Positions 39,763 to 48,667 of a DNA stretch of 64,000 nucleotides are shown piece after piece. The number at the start of each line of letters is the position of its first letter. The first letter of the stretch is position 1. The position numbers and the translations under genes were made by a program. Below the pieces are notes generated by a model. The model ran no database searches. It saw only the letters and a list, made by a program, of their open reading frames with translations, and was not told the DNA's origin. Source of the DNA: an uncultured delta proteobacterium. GTDB lineage: Bacteria > Desulfobacterota > Deferrimicrobia > Deferrimicrobiales > Deferrimicrobiaceae. The stretch is from NCBI GenBank assembly GCA_963811025.1, contig CAWEPX010000027.1, positions 219,745-283,744 on the forward strand, given 5' to 3'.

Positions 39763-40263
39763 TTACCCTCGATCCCGGAGCATCATGTTCAGATCCTCCT
39801 GCAGCGCCTGGAGGTCCTCCTCGTGCTCCACCTCGTCCTGGAGGATCTGCGTCGCGAGGTTGTAGGTCACCGGGTCCTTTCCGTTGACCTCTTCGAGAAG
39901 AGCGTGATAGACGGAGATGGCGCACTGCTCCCCGGCGATGTTCTGCTCGAGAATCTTCCGGACGAACGGATCCGCCGGATCCTCGTAGGAGCAGTTGGAC
40001 CATTCAAACCATTTCTTCGGCGTGGTGATCGGCGTGCCCCCGAGCTGTATGATTCGGCCGGATACCATGTCCGCATGCCGGAGTTCGTCCGCGGCGTGCT
40101 GCATCAGCTCGGCGATCACCGCATCCTTCATCGGCCCCGCCACGATCTTGGCCCCGATCCAGTACTGGTAGTAGGCGAGCCACTCGTCCGCGAACGCCTT
40201 GTTCAAGAGCTCGATCACCCGTTCCGCGTGCTTCCCGACGATCTCACGTCCTCTGGTGCCCAT
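39763..40263 (-). CDS. bfr: Bacterioferritin-like ferritin-family protein
   Basis: ...VIELLNKAFADEWLAYYQYWIGAKI...ELRHADMVSGRI... matches Bfr helix A/B pattern; start MGTRGREIVGKH (ATG 40263). Confidence 0.7.
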   Translation of the reverse strand: MGTRGREIVGKHAERVIELLNKAFADEWLAYYQYWIGAKIVAGPMKDAVIAELMQHAADELRHADMVSGRIIQLGGTPITTPKKWFEWSNCSYEDPADPFVRKILEQNIAGEQCAISVYHALLEEVNGKDPVTYNLATQILQDEVEHEEDLQALQEDLNMMLRDRG

Positions 40264-40630
40264 GCTCTCCTCCTTTACCGAAGGGGTTATCCCCGTGGTC
40301 ACAGGCATTCTCGCCCGGCCGGAGAATGCCTGCAAGGTAATCGGACACCAGCCTCTCAGGCGTCTTGACCACAGCCCCTACCACGACCTGGATACCCTGT
40401 TCGGCGAACAGCGCCTGGGCACGCTCCCCCATGCCCCCGGCGAGAACGACGCTCGCGCCGCATCTCGCCAGCCAGGAAGGCAACAGGCCGGGCTGATGCG
40501 GAGGGGCCCAAACGTTTTCACGCCCGAGAATTTTTTGTTCGTCGGGATCCACATCGAGCAGGGCGAAACATTCGCAGTGGCCGAAATGCAGGGATAATCT
40601 CCCGTTCGTCAAGGGAATCGCGATTCTCAT
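40244..40630 (-). CDS. NifX/NifB-like (COG1433) dinitrogenase FeMo-cofactor-binding-domain protein, copy 1
   Basis: MRIAIPLTNGRLSLHFGHCECFALLDVD...ASVVLAGGMGERAQALFAEQGIQVVVG; SD AAGGAGGAAC. Confidence 0.75.
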   Translation of the reverse strand: MRIAIPLTNGRLSLHFGHCECFALLDVDPDEQKILGRENVWAPPHQPGLLPSWLARCGASVVLAGGMGERAQALFAEQGIQVVVGAVVKTPERLVSDYLAGILRPGENACDHGDNPFGKGGEHGHQRT

Positions 40631-40675
40631 GGCTGTTCCTCCTTGTCGTGCCCGGCTTCCCGGTCTCGCCCCGAC

Positions 40676-41545
40676 TTAAGCCAAGGCGTTCCAGATCCGT
40701 TGAATATCCTCGACGCAGGGGGCCCCGGTTTCCACGACCGCCCGTTCCTGCATCTGTGCCAGGTTCACGGATGGGTCATACCGGACGCGGCCGGCGATCC
40801 GCGCCCCGGCCATGCGACCTGTTTCCTCGATCCGACAGGCCATTTCCGGGTTGAGGTCCCACTTGTTAACGCAGACCGCCGCCGGAATGCCGAAGTGCCC
40901 CGTCAGGGAGAGAACGCGCTCCAGATCGTGTTCCCCGGACACCGTGGGCTCCGTGACGACCAGCACGAGCGTTGCCCCCGTCACCGATGCGATCACCGGA
41001 CATCCGATCCCCGGCGGGCCATCCACGATGATGAAGGGACGATTCCTCATCTCGGCGATGCGGCGGGCCTCCCGGCGGACCGTGGAGACCAGCTTGCCGG
41101 AGTTTCCTGCCGCTACGCCCAGGCGGGCATGGACCATGGGGCCGCAACGGGTCTCCGAGATCATCCACTCGCCGCAGAGACGCTCTGGAAAATCGATTGC
41201 TTGTTCCGGGCAGAACCGTACGCACACGCCGCACCCTTCGCAGGAGACCGGGTCGATCGAAAACCTCTCCGCGCCGGGGGATCTCCCGTTCGTTCTCACC
41301 GCGTCGAACCGGCAATGCGTAAGACACGTCCCGCAACCCATGCAGTCGTCTCGTCGGATGACGGCCTCATGTCCGCTGCGGAAATCATGGCGCTCCTGGA
41401 TCCGGGGCGAGAGGACGAGGTGCAGATCCGCCGCGTCCACGTCGCAATCGGCGATGACCGGCCGGTTGGCCAGCACGGCAAATGACGCCGCCAGGCTGGT
41501 CTTGCCCGTTCCGCCCTTGCCGCTGATGACGACGAGCTCCTTCAT
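40676..41545 (-). CDS. MinD-superfamily P-loop ATPase with inserted 2x[4Fe-4S] ferredoxin domain (COG1149), copy 1
   Basis: MKELVVISGKGGTGKTSLAASFAVLA Walker A; CMGCGTCLTHC and CEGCGVCVRFCP ferredoxin motifs. Confidence 0.85.
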   Translation of the reverse strand: MKELVVISGKGGTGKTSLAASFAVLANRPVIADCDVDAADLHLVLSPRIQERHDFRSGHEAVIRRDDCMGCGTCLTHCRFDAVRTNGRSPGAERFSIDPVSCEGCGVCVRFCPEQAIDFPERLCGEWMISETRCGPMVHARLGVAAGNSGKLVSTVRREARRIAEMRNRPFIIVDGPPGIGCPVIASVTGATLVLVVTEPTVSGEHDLERVLSLTGHFGIPAAVCVNKWDLNPEMACRIEETGRMAGARIAGRVRYDPSVNLAQMQERAVVETGAPCVEDIQRIWNALA

Positions 41546-41555
41546 GCTCGCCCTC

Positions 41556-42302
41556 TCACTTCACAGATCCCATTCGCAAGGCGGCAATCGTGCCCACACC
41601 CAGCCCGATCAATACGATTTCCTGCACAAGGCCGCGCAGACCTCCCTCGCTTCGCCGTCCCGGCACCAGGTCGGCAAGTGCAATGTATAGGAAGCTCGCC
41701 GCGGAAAGAGACAGGAGATAGGGGACTGCCCACCGAGCGAACGGAAGCGTGAAGTATGCGAGGATCGCACCCAACAGGGCGGCAAGACTCGACAGTGCAT
41801 TCCACAACAGAGCGCGGGCTCGTGTGTAACCGCTCTCCAGCAGGATTGCGAAATCTCCGACTTCCTGGGGCACCTCATGGGCGATGACGGCCAGGGATGT
41901 GGCGATTCCCAAAGGAACCGATCCGGCGAACGCGGCGGTGATGGCGACGCCGTCCACGAAGTTATGGAGGGAGTCGCCGATCAAAATCATTTCCCCCGCG
42001 CGGGTGTGGACGTCACAGGGCCGTTCGTGGCAGTGACGCCAAAGGGCAAACTTCTCGAGCAGGAAGAAGAGAACGATGCCGACCAGAACCGTCCCCAATA
42101 CCGATTCGCTCGGCAACCGTCGCAACGCATGCGGGATCATTCCGAAAAACGCCGCCCCGAGGAGGGTGCCGATCGCGTAAGGGATCAATCGGGACGTAAC
42201 GAGAGCCAGCCGCTTCCCTTGAAAGAGCAGGAGCAATGCGGCAAGTCCGACGGAACACACCGATCCGAGAAGGCAAAACGTTATGATCAGAGCCAGATTC
42301 AT
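41556..42302 (-). CDS. ZIP family metal (zinc/iron) transporter, ZupT-like
   Basis: 248 aa, eight TM; ...LHNFVDGVAITAAFAGS...HEVPQEVGDFAILLESG... ZIP signatures. ATG 42302. Confidence 0.8.
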   Translation of the reverse strand: MNLALIITFCLLGSVCSVGLAALLLLFQGKRLALVTSRLIPYAIGTLLGAAFFGMIPHALRRLPSESVLGTVLVGIVLFFLLEKFALWRHCHERPCDVHTRAGEMILIGDSLHNFVDGVAITAAFAGSVPLGIATSLAVIAHEVPQEVGDFAILLESGYTRARALLWNALSSLAALLGAILAYFTLPFARWAVPYLLSLSAASFLYIALADLVPGRRSEGGLRGLVQEIVLIGLGVGTIAALRMGSVK

Positions 42303-43269
42303 GCCGTTTCCCCGAACTGTTTCTTGCGTCCTGCGATGATGTAGAATCTGCGCTCCCCCAGGACAACCGTGGTCACCGTTCCGGCCGCAATCAGCGCATC
42401 CAAGTGCTTGAGCGCTTCGGGCACAGGAATCCCCAGCCCGGTTGCGAGATCCAATACGGTGCAGGGACGTCTCCCAAGCAAATCCAGGATGTCTTCGACC
42501 CATGCATCGCGGAAGGCGGGGATGGGCGCTCCGTGGATGTTGGCCCCTCCAACAAGCTCCACCCGCCGCGGGAAGAGATGTTTCAGGTCGAGCATCCGGT
42601 CCGCGGCAAGCGGATACGCGAACTCCTCGGCGGGGGGACGGGAAACGGTGTTCAGCTGTACGCGCGCCGGTCCTATATGCTTTGCGAGGGCCGCAATCTT
42701 TTCTCGCCTCGGAGGTTATGCCGGTCACGCCTGCGAGCAGGAAAACCTCCAGCCACACCTCCCCTGGGAAGTGCCGGGTGAATGCGGCGATGCCGGAGAC
42801 CACCCGTTCCAGGGAGATATCCTCATGCGGGCGGTTAACGTATTGAAACGTAAACTCGTCCCCGGCGTCCAGCGAAGGAAGCACGAGGTCGGCCGGCATC
42901 AAGGCATCCTGGACGTCGTCCATCCAGAGGAGTCGAGCCATTGGTCAAAACGGCCAATGGGATGTTCGTCAGGCCCTTGATGTTCTCGATCAGGTCGCCG
43001 ATGCCGGCATTCAGCGTGGGTTCCCCCGACCCTGCGAGAGTGATGGTATCGGGGGGATCCCCGGCGGCCAATTTCCGTTCCAGCTCTTCCATGACCGCAT
43101 CGACGGCGATGTACTCCCTCCGATCGACGGTTTTGTTCTTGGTCCGACCCAGCTGGCAGTACACGCAATCATAGGTGCAGGTCTTGAACGGAACGAGATC
43201 GATCCCGAGCGAACGTCCCAGGCGCCTCGACGGAACAGGCCCATAGATGTGTCGAACGCCGGTCGGCAT
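42299..43269 (-). CDS. Radical SAM protein (COG0731-like), interrupted by at least 2 frameshifts
   Basis: MPTGVRHIYGPVPSRRLGRSLGIDLVPFKTCTYDCVYCQLG (CxxxCxxC). Continuation pieces ...LLWMDDVQDALMPADLVLPSLDAGDEFTFQYVNRPHEDISLERVV...GEVWLEVFLLAGVTGITSEA... and MLDLKHLFPRRVELVGGANIHGAPIP... lie in other frames. Confidence 0.7.
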
Positions 43270-43273
43270 GGCT

Positions 43274-44121
43274 TCAAACCCCCATTGCGTTCTTCCGATG
43301 AATGGTCTTTTCGAGCAGGCTCTCGAAGAGCCCGCGGTATTCCGGCAGCGCCTCCACGATCAGCCTTCCCCTGGAATAGGCTTCCGCGATCCGCCGATCA
43401 TCCGGGATTTCGAGAAGAACGGGTACGTTTTCTTCCTTGCAGAACGCATGGACCCGCTCGTCCCCGATGCCGACCCGGTTGACCACCACCCCGATGGGAA
43501 TTCCGATCGCCCGGACCAGTCCTACGGCAAGTCTCAGGTCGTGGAGACCGAAAGGTGTCGGTTCCGTGACGAGCAGGACGAGGTCCGATCCCCGAAGGGT
43601 GGCAACCACCGGGCAGGAGGTGCCCGGAGGCGCGTCCAGGATCGCGGGCATGCCGTTTCGCAGACGGGCCTTCACCGCGTGGATGAGCGGCGGGGCCGTC
43701 GCGACCCCGACGTCGAGACGGCCTTGGATCAGTGTGATGTTTCCCGCATGCATCGTCTCGATGACCCCGATGCGCTTTTCGACCTCACGAATAGCCTTCT
43801 GGGGGCACACCTTCGCGCACCCCCCGCAGCCGTGACACATTTCGGGGAAGAGGAGGGGGGGGTCCCGAACGAGACGATGGCGTGGTACTCGCAAAACCGG
43901 CTGCATTCGCCGCAGCCGTCGCAAAGGGACTCGTCCACAATCGGAACCGGGATGGAGACGGTCTCCTCCCCGCGCAGGTCGCCCTCGAGGAAGAGGTGGG
44001 CATTCGGTTCCTCCACGTCGCAGTCCAGAAGCGCCACCTCCGAACCGAGGGCACGGGCCAGGTTGACAGACACGGTCGTCTTGCCAGTGCCGCCCTTTCC
44101 CGAAGCGACTGCGAGAATCAT
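43274..44121 (-). CDS. MinD-superfamily/ferredoxin ATPase (COG1149), copy 2, with a frameshift in a G8 run (43853-43860)
   Basis: MILAVASGKGGTGKTTVSVNLARALG...CDGCGECSRFCEYHAI (ORF 43729..44121) continues as ...LFPEMCHGCGGCAKVCPQKAI...LLVTEPTPFGLHDLRL... in the 43274..45052 frame. Confidence 0.85.
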
Positions 44122-44331
44122 GCATCGCCTCCATCCGGGGAGTCCCCTCGTGGCCCGCCGCCGGCGCTATCCTATATGCCCACGCTTCCCTCTTCGCCTG
44201 GCCGTTCCCTCGTCCACCTCGTCCTGCCACCCGTTGCGGGTGGTATCGATGCGGTCGAATTTCGCCGTGTACGGCTTGATATCCAGAAGGGGGGTGGCGT
44301 CCAGGACGGTTTCGCTCATGCCTGATACCCC

Positions 44332-44685
44332 CTAGACATCCGCAGAGAGGGCCGCAACCAGCCGGCCGGAACGAAATCTTTCGATGGCTTCGGCCACGGT
44401 GGTCGCATCGGTGGTGAAGATCCTGATTCCCGCCGCGGAGAGCACGCGAAACGCCTTCGGGCCGCAATGCCCAGTGATCACGACACCTGCAGTCCGAGAC
44501 GGGCAACCGTCTCCGCCGCCTGGATGCCCGCTCCCTGGGCGAGCATTCATGCTCTGTGTATTGTCGATCGACTCGTATTGGCCGAGAGACGGTGTCGACA
44601 GGATGGACTTCGCTGCCCGCACCGAGATCGGCGAGTCGTGAAGGGGATTCCAGCGTCCTTCCGCCGGTCGGCGAGGAAGGAGCAC
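44332..44685 (-). CDS. NifX-like (COG1433) protein, copy 2, divergent (HFG motif degenerate), GTG start
   Basis: ...DSPISVRAAKSILSTPSLGQYESIDN...GSGHPGGGDGCPSRTAGVVITGHCGPKAFRVLSAAGIRIFTTDATTVAEAIERF aligns with the NifX-like family core. Confidence 0.55.
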   Translation of the reverse strand: MLLPRRPAEGRWNPLHDSPISVRAAKSILSTPSLGQYESIDNTQSMNARPGSGHPGGGDGCPSRTAGVVITGHCGPKAFRVLSAAGIRIFTTDATTVAEAIERFRSGRLVAALSADV

Positions 44686-44699
44686 CTCGAAGAGATCGG

Positions 44700-45052
44700 T
44701 TCCTCGGGCGCTTCCTTTCCTCGCCCTCTAACTCATCGAGCAGCTTCCTGATTATGTCGAGTTGACTCTTTAACGCCCCGGCCTCCTCTTCCAGCAACCG
44801 CTTCTCCGTATCGGGCGAAGGCTCCTCCCCGAATGCCGGGCCGCCCCTTCCGAACCTCATCCAACCGGGCAGTCCGGTTGCATAGAACATATGCCGCCAG
44901 CCGCGGCCGCCGCCGCCGAAGCCGGCTCCCCGGCCGTAGCCCCCCCGAAAAAAGCGCCCGAACAACGGGCTCCGGGGCCCCGCACAGAACCCGGCGCCTC
45001 TTCCTGTTAACGGTCCCATTCCCATCGGACCTGTTCGATCTCCGCGTGGCAT
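44700..45052 (-). CDS. DUF5320-like Gly/Arg-rich protein; C-terminus unresolved (no in-frame stop, probable indel)
   Basis: MPRGDRTGPMGMGPLTGRGAGFCAG... N-terminus and C-terminal coiled-coil-like ...EKRLLEEEAGALKSQLDIIRKLLDELEGEE. Strong SD AAGGAAAGGAGGG. The frame runs on with no stop. Confidence 0.5.
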
Positions 45053-45085
45053 ATTCGTTACCCTCCTTTCCTTGAATGACCTGGG

Positions 45086-45319
45086 TCACTCCCGGGTCAT
45101 CGTGGCCCCGCACTTCGGGCATTTGCGCGCAAGGCAGGGTACGCCGCGTTCGTGGGGTTCCTTCTGCCCACATTGCGGGCAGATGCAGTAGCCGCTGGGG
45201 CCGGCGGCTAAGGGCCCGCCCATGCGGCCGGCTCCTTGACCTCCCTGGCCCTGCCCACGTCCTCCGCCCTGCCCACGTCCTCCGCCCTGTCCCATTCCGC
45301 CTCGTCTTTTTCCGAACAT
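45086..45319 (-). CDS. Gly/Arg-rich zinc-ribbon protein (77 aa)
   Basis: [24 protein letters not shown]...[32 protein letters not shown]; SD AAGGAGGAAAATCCC ATG. Contains an 18-bp tandem duplication (45249-45284). Confidence 0.65.
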   Translation of the reverse strand: MFGKRRGGMGQGGGRGQGGGRGQGQGGQGAGRMGGPLAAGPSGYCICPQCGQKEPHERGVPCLARKCPKCGATMTRE

Positions 45320-45376
45320 GGGATTTTCCTCCTTGTCTTTGTCGTTTTTTCCCCGAAATCGACGGCGGCCGCCTCC

Positions 45377-45711
45377 TTAAACATCCCGGCATGGCCATGC
45401 TTCGATTCGGCAACTTCCGCGCAAGATACGCTTCGATGACCTCCTCCGCGTCACCGGCGATAAAGGGAATCGTCCGTATGCCGTAAGTGGCAAACAGGCC
45501 GGCCAGCGGTCGGGAGATCGCCCCGCATATGAGTTTTCGGACCTCCCATTCGACAAGCTTTCCGGCCTTTTGAACCGGATCGATCCCCTCGAGCGGTTCC
45601 TCCCTTTGCCCTGTGACAACCCCATGGTGAAACATCGAGCATAAGAATCTTCCGGGAAACATCGAACACCGGAGAGATCCTCCCGTTCCAGACGGTAAGG
45701 GCAACCTTCAT
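45377..45711 (-). CDS. NifX-like (COG1433) protein, copy 3, interrupted by frameshift(s); 3' end uncertain
   Basis: MKVALTVWNGRISPVFDVSRKILMLDV (ORF 45451..45711), then ...GIDPVQKAGKLVEWEVRKLICGAISRPLAGLFATYGIRTIPFIAGDAEEVIEAYLARKL in the 44733..45704 frame. SD GGAGG 9 nt upstream of ATG 45711. Confidence 0.65.
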
Positions 45712-45743
45712 CGTGGTGTGCCTCCAGTCACCACCATAGAGTG

Positions 45744-45760
45744 AAGCATCAGACGTGCCA
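45744..45760 (-). promoter_or_regulatory. Sigma-54 (-24/-12) promoter candidate for the NifX/MinD-Fd/DUF5320/rSAM cluster
   Basis: Minus-strand TGGCACGtctgATGCTT fits TGGCACG-N4-TTGCW with one mismatch. Located ~33 nt upstream of the nifX-like-3 ATG and directly downstream of a sigma-54 activator gene. Confidence 0.55.
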
Positions 45761-45887
45761 TGTCGGGAAACGAGGGACCTCCGGGAGGGAACAATCAGAA
45801 AATCAATATGTTAGAATTCAAAAACGAATTCGCCACCATCAGGCATAGTAGCGTTATCGCAACCCTGCCCCCGTTGAACAGGTGCGG

Positions 45888-47296
45888 GATTGCGACTTTA
45901 TCCGCTCCGGCGGGATCGTCCGTCTTCCTCGGGCAGGGGGATCCCCAAGGCTTTCATCTTCCGGAAGAGGGTGGTTTTGTGGATTCCCAGTTCCCGGGCG
46001 GCGGCAAGACGATTGTACCCGGTTGCGCCGGAGCGCCTCACGGATGGTTTGCGATTCCATGGCCCGAACGGCGTCGTTCATTTCCCTCCGTTTCATCATC
46101 GGGGGAACCCGTGCAGTATAGTCCTCCGGCAGGTGCCGGGGCTCGATCCGGCCTTCGGCGCACAGAACAAAGGCATGCTCGATGATGTTTTCCAGTTCCC
46201 GGATATTGCCGGGATAGTCGTGCGCCATGAGAAACGACAGAACCTCGGGGCTTACGCCCGAGATCGATTTGCCCTGTATCCGGTTCCACCGGGTCACAAA
46301 ATGATCGACCAGCAGGGGGATGTCCTCCTTTCGTTTCCTGAGGGGGGGCATTTCGATCCGCACGACGTTGATCCGGTAATACAGGTCCTGCCGGAAAGCA
46401 CCCTTCTTCACCTGAGCCGCCAGATCCTTGTTCGTGGCAACGATCACCCGGACGTCGACGCGGACCGTCTGGGTGCTGCCGAGCGGTTCGAAGGTCCTCT
46501 CCTGGAGAACGCGAAGCAGCCGTACCTGCAAGGCCGGGCTGATCTCGCCGATTTCGTCCAGGAACAAGGTTCCCTTGTCGGCCAGGGAGAAGCGGCCGGG
46601 CTTGTCCCTCTCCGCGCCGGTGAACGCGCCGGCCCGGTACCCGAAGAGTTCCGATTCCAGGAGGGTGTCCGGAAGAGCACCGCAATTTACCGCGATGAAC
46701 GGTTTTTCGTGCCGGGGGCTTAAGGAGTGGAGCGCGCGAGCGAGCAGTTCCTTCCCCGTCCCCGTCTCTCCCTCGATCAGAACGGTGCTGTCGCTTCCCG
46801 CCACCTGGGGCAGAACGTCGAATATCCTGCGCATGGACGGGCTCCGGGAGATCAGGTCGCCTGCCTGGAACCGCCCCGTAAGCTCCTTGCGCAACTCCTC
46901 GACGAGACTCAAGTCGCGAAAGGTTTCCGCTCCTCCGATGATGTCCCCCTGCTCATCCTGCAAAATCGCCGTGGACACGCTGATCGGTATGCGCCGGCCT
47001 TCCGCGTCGATGATGAAGGCCGACTTGTTGATGACGGGAGTCCCGGTCTCCAGGGTCTGGCGGAGTGCGCAATCCACCTCGCACATGCTGGCGCGAAACA
47101 CTTCCGGGCAGGGCTTTCCGATGGCTTCTTCGCGAGAGATCCCCGTGATCTCTTCCGCGGCCCGGTTGAACGATGTGATCCGCCAGTCGCGATCGACCGT
47201 GAACACCCCGTCGGAGATGCTTTCCAGGATGATCTCCGTGGAGCGCAGGGGGTCGTTTCCCGCCTGTTTCCCCTTCCTGCCGCCTGTTCCCGCCAT
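45888..47296 (-). CDS. Sigma-54-dependent transcriptional activator (PAS - AAA+ sigma54-interaction - Fis HTH), frameshift at ~46015 before the HTH
   Basis: PAS (ILESISDGVFTVDRDWRITSFNRAAEEITG), AAA+ (VLIEGETGTGKELLARALH...GAFTGA...ESELFGY), and C-terminal ...NRLAAARELGIHKTTLFRKMKALGIPLPEEDGRSRRSG* in the adjacent frame. Confidence 0.88.
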
Positions 47297-47394
47297 CCGG
47301 AAACCCACCTTCACGGCTCCTGCAGCCGCCTCGATAGCTTCCTATCCGGTTTTAGTATCGTCGCAGGAGACCCCTCTTGTTCCTCCCGGCTTAT

Positions 47395-47844
47395 TCAACC
47401 CTTGCTCGGGATTTCCCCCGAACCTTCGCAAGGGCCATGGGGGCCACCTTTCCCGCGCCCTTCCCAAGCGTGTCCGTGAGGCCCGTTTCCGTGATGCGCG
47501 CAGGCCGTCGCCGGAGTCACTTCCCGTAACCGTCCGGTCTTGAAAGCGGCTACCGTCTCCTCGACCGTCGGATGCTCCGAAAAGAAGACGCGGATGCTCG
47601 CCGCCTTCAGCTTGCCGAGGGCTCCCATCCCGATACCGCCGACCACCATGGCATCCACGCTCTGCCCCGCGAGTTGTGCGAGCGGCTGGCACATTCCGTG
47701 GGCATGGTGGAGATTGCGGTTCGCGATGGCCTGGCAGCTCCCGTTTTCCGTGTCGACGATCATGAAGAGCGGCGCCGAACCGAAGTGCGGGCTCACGGGA
47801 CTCTGAAGGCCGTTGTCCCGAATGATGGGGATGCAGATGTTCAT
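47395..47844 (-). CDS. NifX-like (COG1433) protein, copy 4
   Basis: MNICIPIIRDNGLQSPVSPHFGSAPLFMIVDTENGSCQAIANRN...VDAMVVGGIGMGALGKLKAASIRVF; SD AGGAGG; the ATG overlaps the upstream gene stop (ATGA). Confidence 0.8.
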   Translation of the reverse strand: MNICIPIIRDNGLQSPVSPHFGSAPLFMIVDTENGSCQAIANRNLHHAHGMCQPLAQLAGQSVDAMVVGGIGMGALGKLKAASIRVFFSEHPTVEETVAAFKTGRLREVTPATACAHHGNGPHGHAWEGRGKGGPHGPCEGSGEIPSKG

Positions 47845-48323
47845 GACGTTTCCTCCTGATTGGGGGTTGATTTCACGCACAACTCAATGGTTCCTGCCGC
47901 CCATCCGTCGCTGCCGCATGCCGCGGCAAGGAGGGTTGCTTCCGCATTCATCGCCGCCGATTTCTCCACCACGCCGGCGACCTTTCCCGTACGGCGGCAC
48001 CGGGGACACTCGCAACGGGGGGAACGCGGCCGTTCCACGCGGATGGTTCCGCCTTCGATCTTGAGGGCCTTGCCGTGGGCCAGTGCCTCGGCTACCTTGC
48101 GGTGGGCGGTCCCCAGGATACGGCCGAAGGTCGGTCGTGAAACGTGCATCCGCTCCGCGCCCTGCTCCTGGTACAGCCCTTCCAGGTCGGCCAGCCGGAT
48201 CGCTTCGAACTCGTCAAGCGTGAGGACGACCTCGACCAGCTCGCATGCCGGGATCCCCGCCGGATGAAAGACGGACGCTATCGGTCTCCCGGCAATTCGG
48301 CGGCAACATTGTGGTCTGGGCAT
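47841..48323 (-). CDS. DUF134/UPF0251 (COG1342) putative DNA-binding protein
   Basis: MPRPQCCRRIAGRPIASVFHPAGIPACELVEVVLTLDEFEAIRLADLEGLYQEQGAERMHVSRPTFGRIL, the canonical DUF134 N-terminus; Cys-rich C-terminal tail. Confidence 0.8.
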   Translation of the reverse strand: MPRPQCCRRIAGRPIASVFHPAGIPACELVEVVLTLDEFEAIRLADLEGLYQEQGAERMHVSRPTFGRILGTAHRKVAEALAHGKALKIEGGTIRVERPRSPRCECPRCRRTGKVAGVVEKSAAMNAEATLLAAACGSDGWAAGTIELCVKSTPNQEETS

Positions 48324-48341
48324 AATGACACCTCAACATAA

Positions 48342-48369
48342 ATTATAAGCATATGCTCATAACTGTCAA
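48342..48369 (-). promoter_or_regulatory. Consensus sigma-70 promoter TTGACA-N16-TATAAT for the DUF134-nifX4 operon, with a palindrome in the spacer
   Basis: Minus strand TTGACAgttatgagcatatgctTATAATttatgttgaggtgtcattATG: both hexamers are perfect. The spacer carries the AGCATATGCT palindrome (possible operator). Confidence 0.6.
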
Positions 48370-48667
48370 GGGAAAACGGAATACCTGGCTGCGTGTTTCA
48401 TTCCTTTGGGATATCGAACCACCGGGTCAAAACGCACTGGGAAAGGGATGAGACCGTCACGCGCTTCCGATCGGAAGCGTCCCAACGGCTATTCCCGGCT
48501 ACGCGAATGGCGGACTGATCGCATCGCTGATCGATTGCATCCCATTGCTTCCGGATCGGGAATGCGAGTCTTTCGACCTCCAGGACAAGGGGCAAATCGC
48601 AGTCCCGGGCGAATCGGATATATATCGGCGCACCTGCGGCATTCGGCTCGCCGCAGGGACAGGCCTC

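Noticed and set aside
44332-45052. A possible DUF5320-NifX fusion protein (frame continuity from 45052 into the nifX-like-2 region)
   Set aside because: The NifX-like core aligns throughout in a different frame with its own GTG start (44685). The DUF5320 frame just lacks a stop, most simply due to an indel, given the error pattern elsewhere.
45249-45290. A tandem repeat as a possible CRISPR or minisatellite array
   Set aside because: There are only two 18-bp units, inside a coding region that encodes Gly-rich repeats, with no spacers and no cas genes anywhere in the window.
48398-48595. A 65-codon ORF in the spacer downstream of the octaheme gene
   Set aside because: No SD and no recognisable family, and the region looks like UTR or terminator. 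It is mentioned only as a weak possibility.
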